A stretch of DNA of 63,879 nt, counting the filler, from Octopus bimaculoides (lineage: Eukaryota), in assembly GCF_001194135.2 (NCBI RefSeq). It is 4 parts of 4 records of this genome, joined end to end, with 100 filler letters (N's around TTAATTAATTAA, not from the genome) between each part and the next. Parts side by side here need not be neighbours in the genome. Positions count along the whole stretch, not along the records: positions 49,278 to 61,989 come from NC_068981.1; positions 62,090 to 63,879 come from NW_026298906.1; 2 more parts are not named here. One strand, given 5' to 3'. Shown here one piece after another: positions 61,842 through 63,879 of this stretch (position 1 is its first letter; each line of letters opens with the position of its first letter). The notes beneath the pieces were generated by a model that saw only the letters and a list, made by a program, of their open reading frames with translations, did no database searches and had not been told where the DNA came from. The translations under genes were made by a program, and so were the position numbers.

Positions 61842-61887
61842 GTGTAATGGTTTGGTTTTCTAGCTTGTTGAGTGTGTAATGCTTTGG

Positions 61888-61989
<102 letters not shown>

Positions 61990-62089
61990 NNNNNNNNNNN
62001 NNNNNNNNNNNNNNNNNNNNNNNNNNNNNNNNNTTAATTAATTAANNNNNNNNNNNNNNNNNNNNNNNNNNNNNNNNNNNNNNNNNNNN
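61990..62089. other. Assembly join spacer N44-TTAATTAATTAA-N44
   Basis: Same layout. Confidence 0.9.
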
Positions 62090-62120
<31 letters not shown>

Positions 62121-62445
62121 TATATATTATACATACAGATATGATGTATATGTATGTCTCATGTATATATATGTATATAGGAATATATATTAGCATGGTA
62201 AATCTTGAGTGTTATTATATTATTTGCTATTAAGTGAATCTGCAATCCTGATTTAAGCAGATAAATAGATTACATGCGTGTGTATATGTATGTATATGTA
62301 AATATATGTGTATCTATAAATGTATATGTGTGTGTGTTTGTGTGTGTATTTATGCGTACATGCATTTACATATACATATAAATGTATATCTACGTATGCA
62401 TTTACACATACATATATATTGTGTATGTATATATGTATATATTGG

Positions 62446-62578
62446 TGCGCAGGTGTGGCTGTGTGGTAAGTAGCTTGCTTATCAACCACATGGTTTTGGG
62501 TTCAGTCCCACTGCATGGCACCTTGGGAAAATGTCTTCCACTATAGCCTCGGCAGACGAAAACTGAAAGAAACCCGTC

Positions 62579-62617
<39 letters not shown>

Positions 62618-62803
62618 TGTTTTTGTGCCCCTCCCCATCATTTGACAGCCGATGCTGGTCTGTTTATATCCCCGTAACTTAGCGGTTCGGCACATGAGAC
62701 CGATAGAATAAGTACTAGGCTTACAAAGAATAAGTCCTGGGTTGGATTTGTTCGACTAAAAGCGGTGCTCAAGCATGGCCGCAGTCAAATGACTGAAACA
62801 AGT
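62446..62803 (+). mobile_element. SINE family A, full length with internal (GT)n
   Basis: GGTGTGGCTGTGTGGTAAG...GGGTTCAGTCCCACTGCATGGCACCTTGGG...CATGGCCGCAGTCAAATGACTGAAACAAG. Confidence 0.85.
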
Positions 62804-63047
62804 CCCCCAAAAATAAAGAATAAAATAATATATGTATGTATATATGTTTGTATATATACGCATACACACACATACAAAATGCGTTGTTTATCTACATCCC
62901 TTTGTCATGCGTTCTAATCTCGCCGGTATCCACTTAAGACCATATAACCAGCTAAATTCTACTAGCCATTGCTCCATCTTGGCCAGAGCTGCAAAATTGA
63001 GACCAGTAGCGCCTGTTACTTTTGTATTTACCTATGTAATTGTGTTG

Positions 63048-63383
63048 AGGGCGCATGGCTCAGTGTTTAAAGGATCGGGCTCACAAACATGAGACTAGTG
63101 AGTTCGATCCCCAGACCAGACTGTGTGTTCTGCTCTTGAGCAAGACACTTTATTTCACGTTGCTCCAGTTCACTCAGCTCTAGAAATGAGTAGTGACGTC
63201 ACAGGTGCCAAGCTGTATCGACCCCTTTGCCTTTCTCTTGGATAACATCGATGGCATGAAGAAGGGAAGTCTGGTATGCATGGGCGATTGCTGGTCTTCC
63301 ATAAACAACTTTGCCAGGATTCGTACCTCGGAGCGGGAACTTTCAAGGTGTAATCCCATGGTCATTCATGACCGAAGGGGTTC
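63048..63383 (+). mobile_element. SINE family C, full length
   Basis: GGCGCATGGCTCAGTG...GAGTTCGATCCCC...CTTGAGCAAGACACTTTATTTCACGTTGCTCCAGTTCACTCAGC...CATGACCGAAGGGG. Confidence 0.85.
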
Positions 63384-63520
63384 TTTTTCCCTTTTATGTA
63401 GCTGTATACGTGAGTGGAAGCCTTACATATGAATAAAAACAAAATTTGGACTATTTGTGAACCAGTTTAATGTTGTTGCGTTTCCTATGATCTTTGAGCT
63501 GTTTGTCAGTGTTTGCTTCT

Positions 63521-63571
63521 GAAGGAAGGAAGGATGGAAGGAAGGAAGGAAGGAAGGAAGGAAGGAAGGAA

Positions 63572-63617
<46 letters not shown>

Positions 63618-63623
63618 AATAAG

Positions 63624-63654
<31 letters not shown>

Positions 63655-63669
63655 GAATGAAACGAAGAC

Positions 63670-63708
<39 letters not shown>

Positions 63709-63712
63709 AAAG
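63521..63712. repeat. (GGAA)n(GAAA)n microsatellite
   Basis: Seen directly. Confidence 0.95.
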
Positions 63713-63832
63713 AAGCAGTGAAATATCAAGAGAAGTAAATGAAGGAGAGAATGACAGAGATAAATAAATAAATAAGTAAAATATGCAGATAAAATATTAA
63801 AAAACAATGTAAAAAAGAAAGGAAACAACACA

Positions 63833-63879
<47 letters not shown>

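Overview
AT-rich, microsatellite-dense animal genomic DNA, most likely an octopod cephalopod, inferred from the tRNA-derived SINE families and the repeat landscape. It has 11 N-gaps, three of which are artificial N44-TTAATTAATTAA-N44 joins. Only one host protein-coding segment is supported: a 620-nt minus-strand exon (45567-44948) encoding the N-terminal ~192 aa of a Popeye-domain (BVES/POPDC) membrane protein. I could not find its other exons by eye. Most of the rest is transposon debris: CR1/L2, R4/Dong-like and RTE LINEs, Penelope-like elements, Tc1/mariner elements (DD36E, DD37D, mariner), a Mutator with a 9-bp TSD, Helitrons, a Gypsy-type LTR element, palindromic MITEs, SINEs and simple repeats. 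The most striking signal is the LTR element at 48713-49177. The 12 nt directly after its LTR (AGCTATTTCGGC) are the exact reverse complement of the 5' end of tRNA-Phe rather than of a tRNA 3' CCA end, which suggests non-canonical priming. Second, the block from ~21.4 to ~48.2 kb is CpG-depleted, like a methylated gene body, and contains a ~1 kb CpG-retaining island with a dense promoter-motif cluster at 35.6-35.9 kb. All calls were made by eye with no database searches, and most TE boundaries are approximate.
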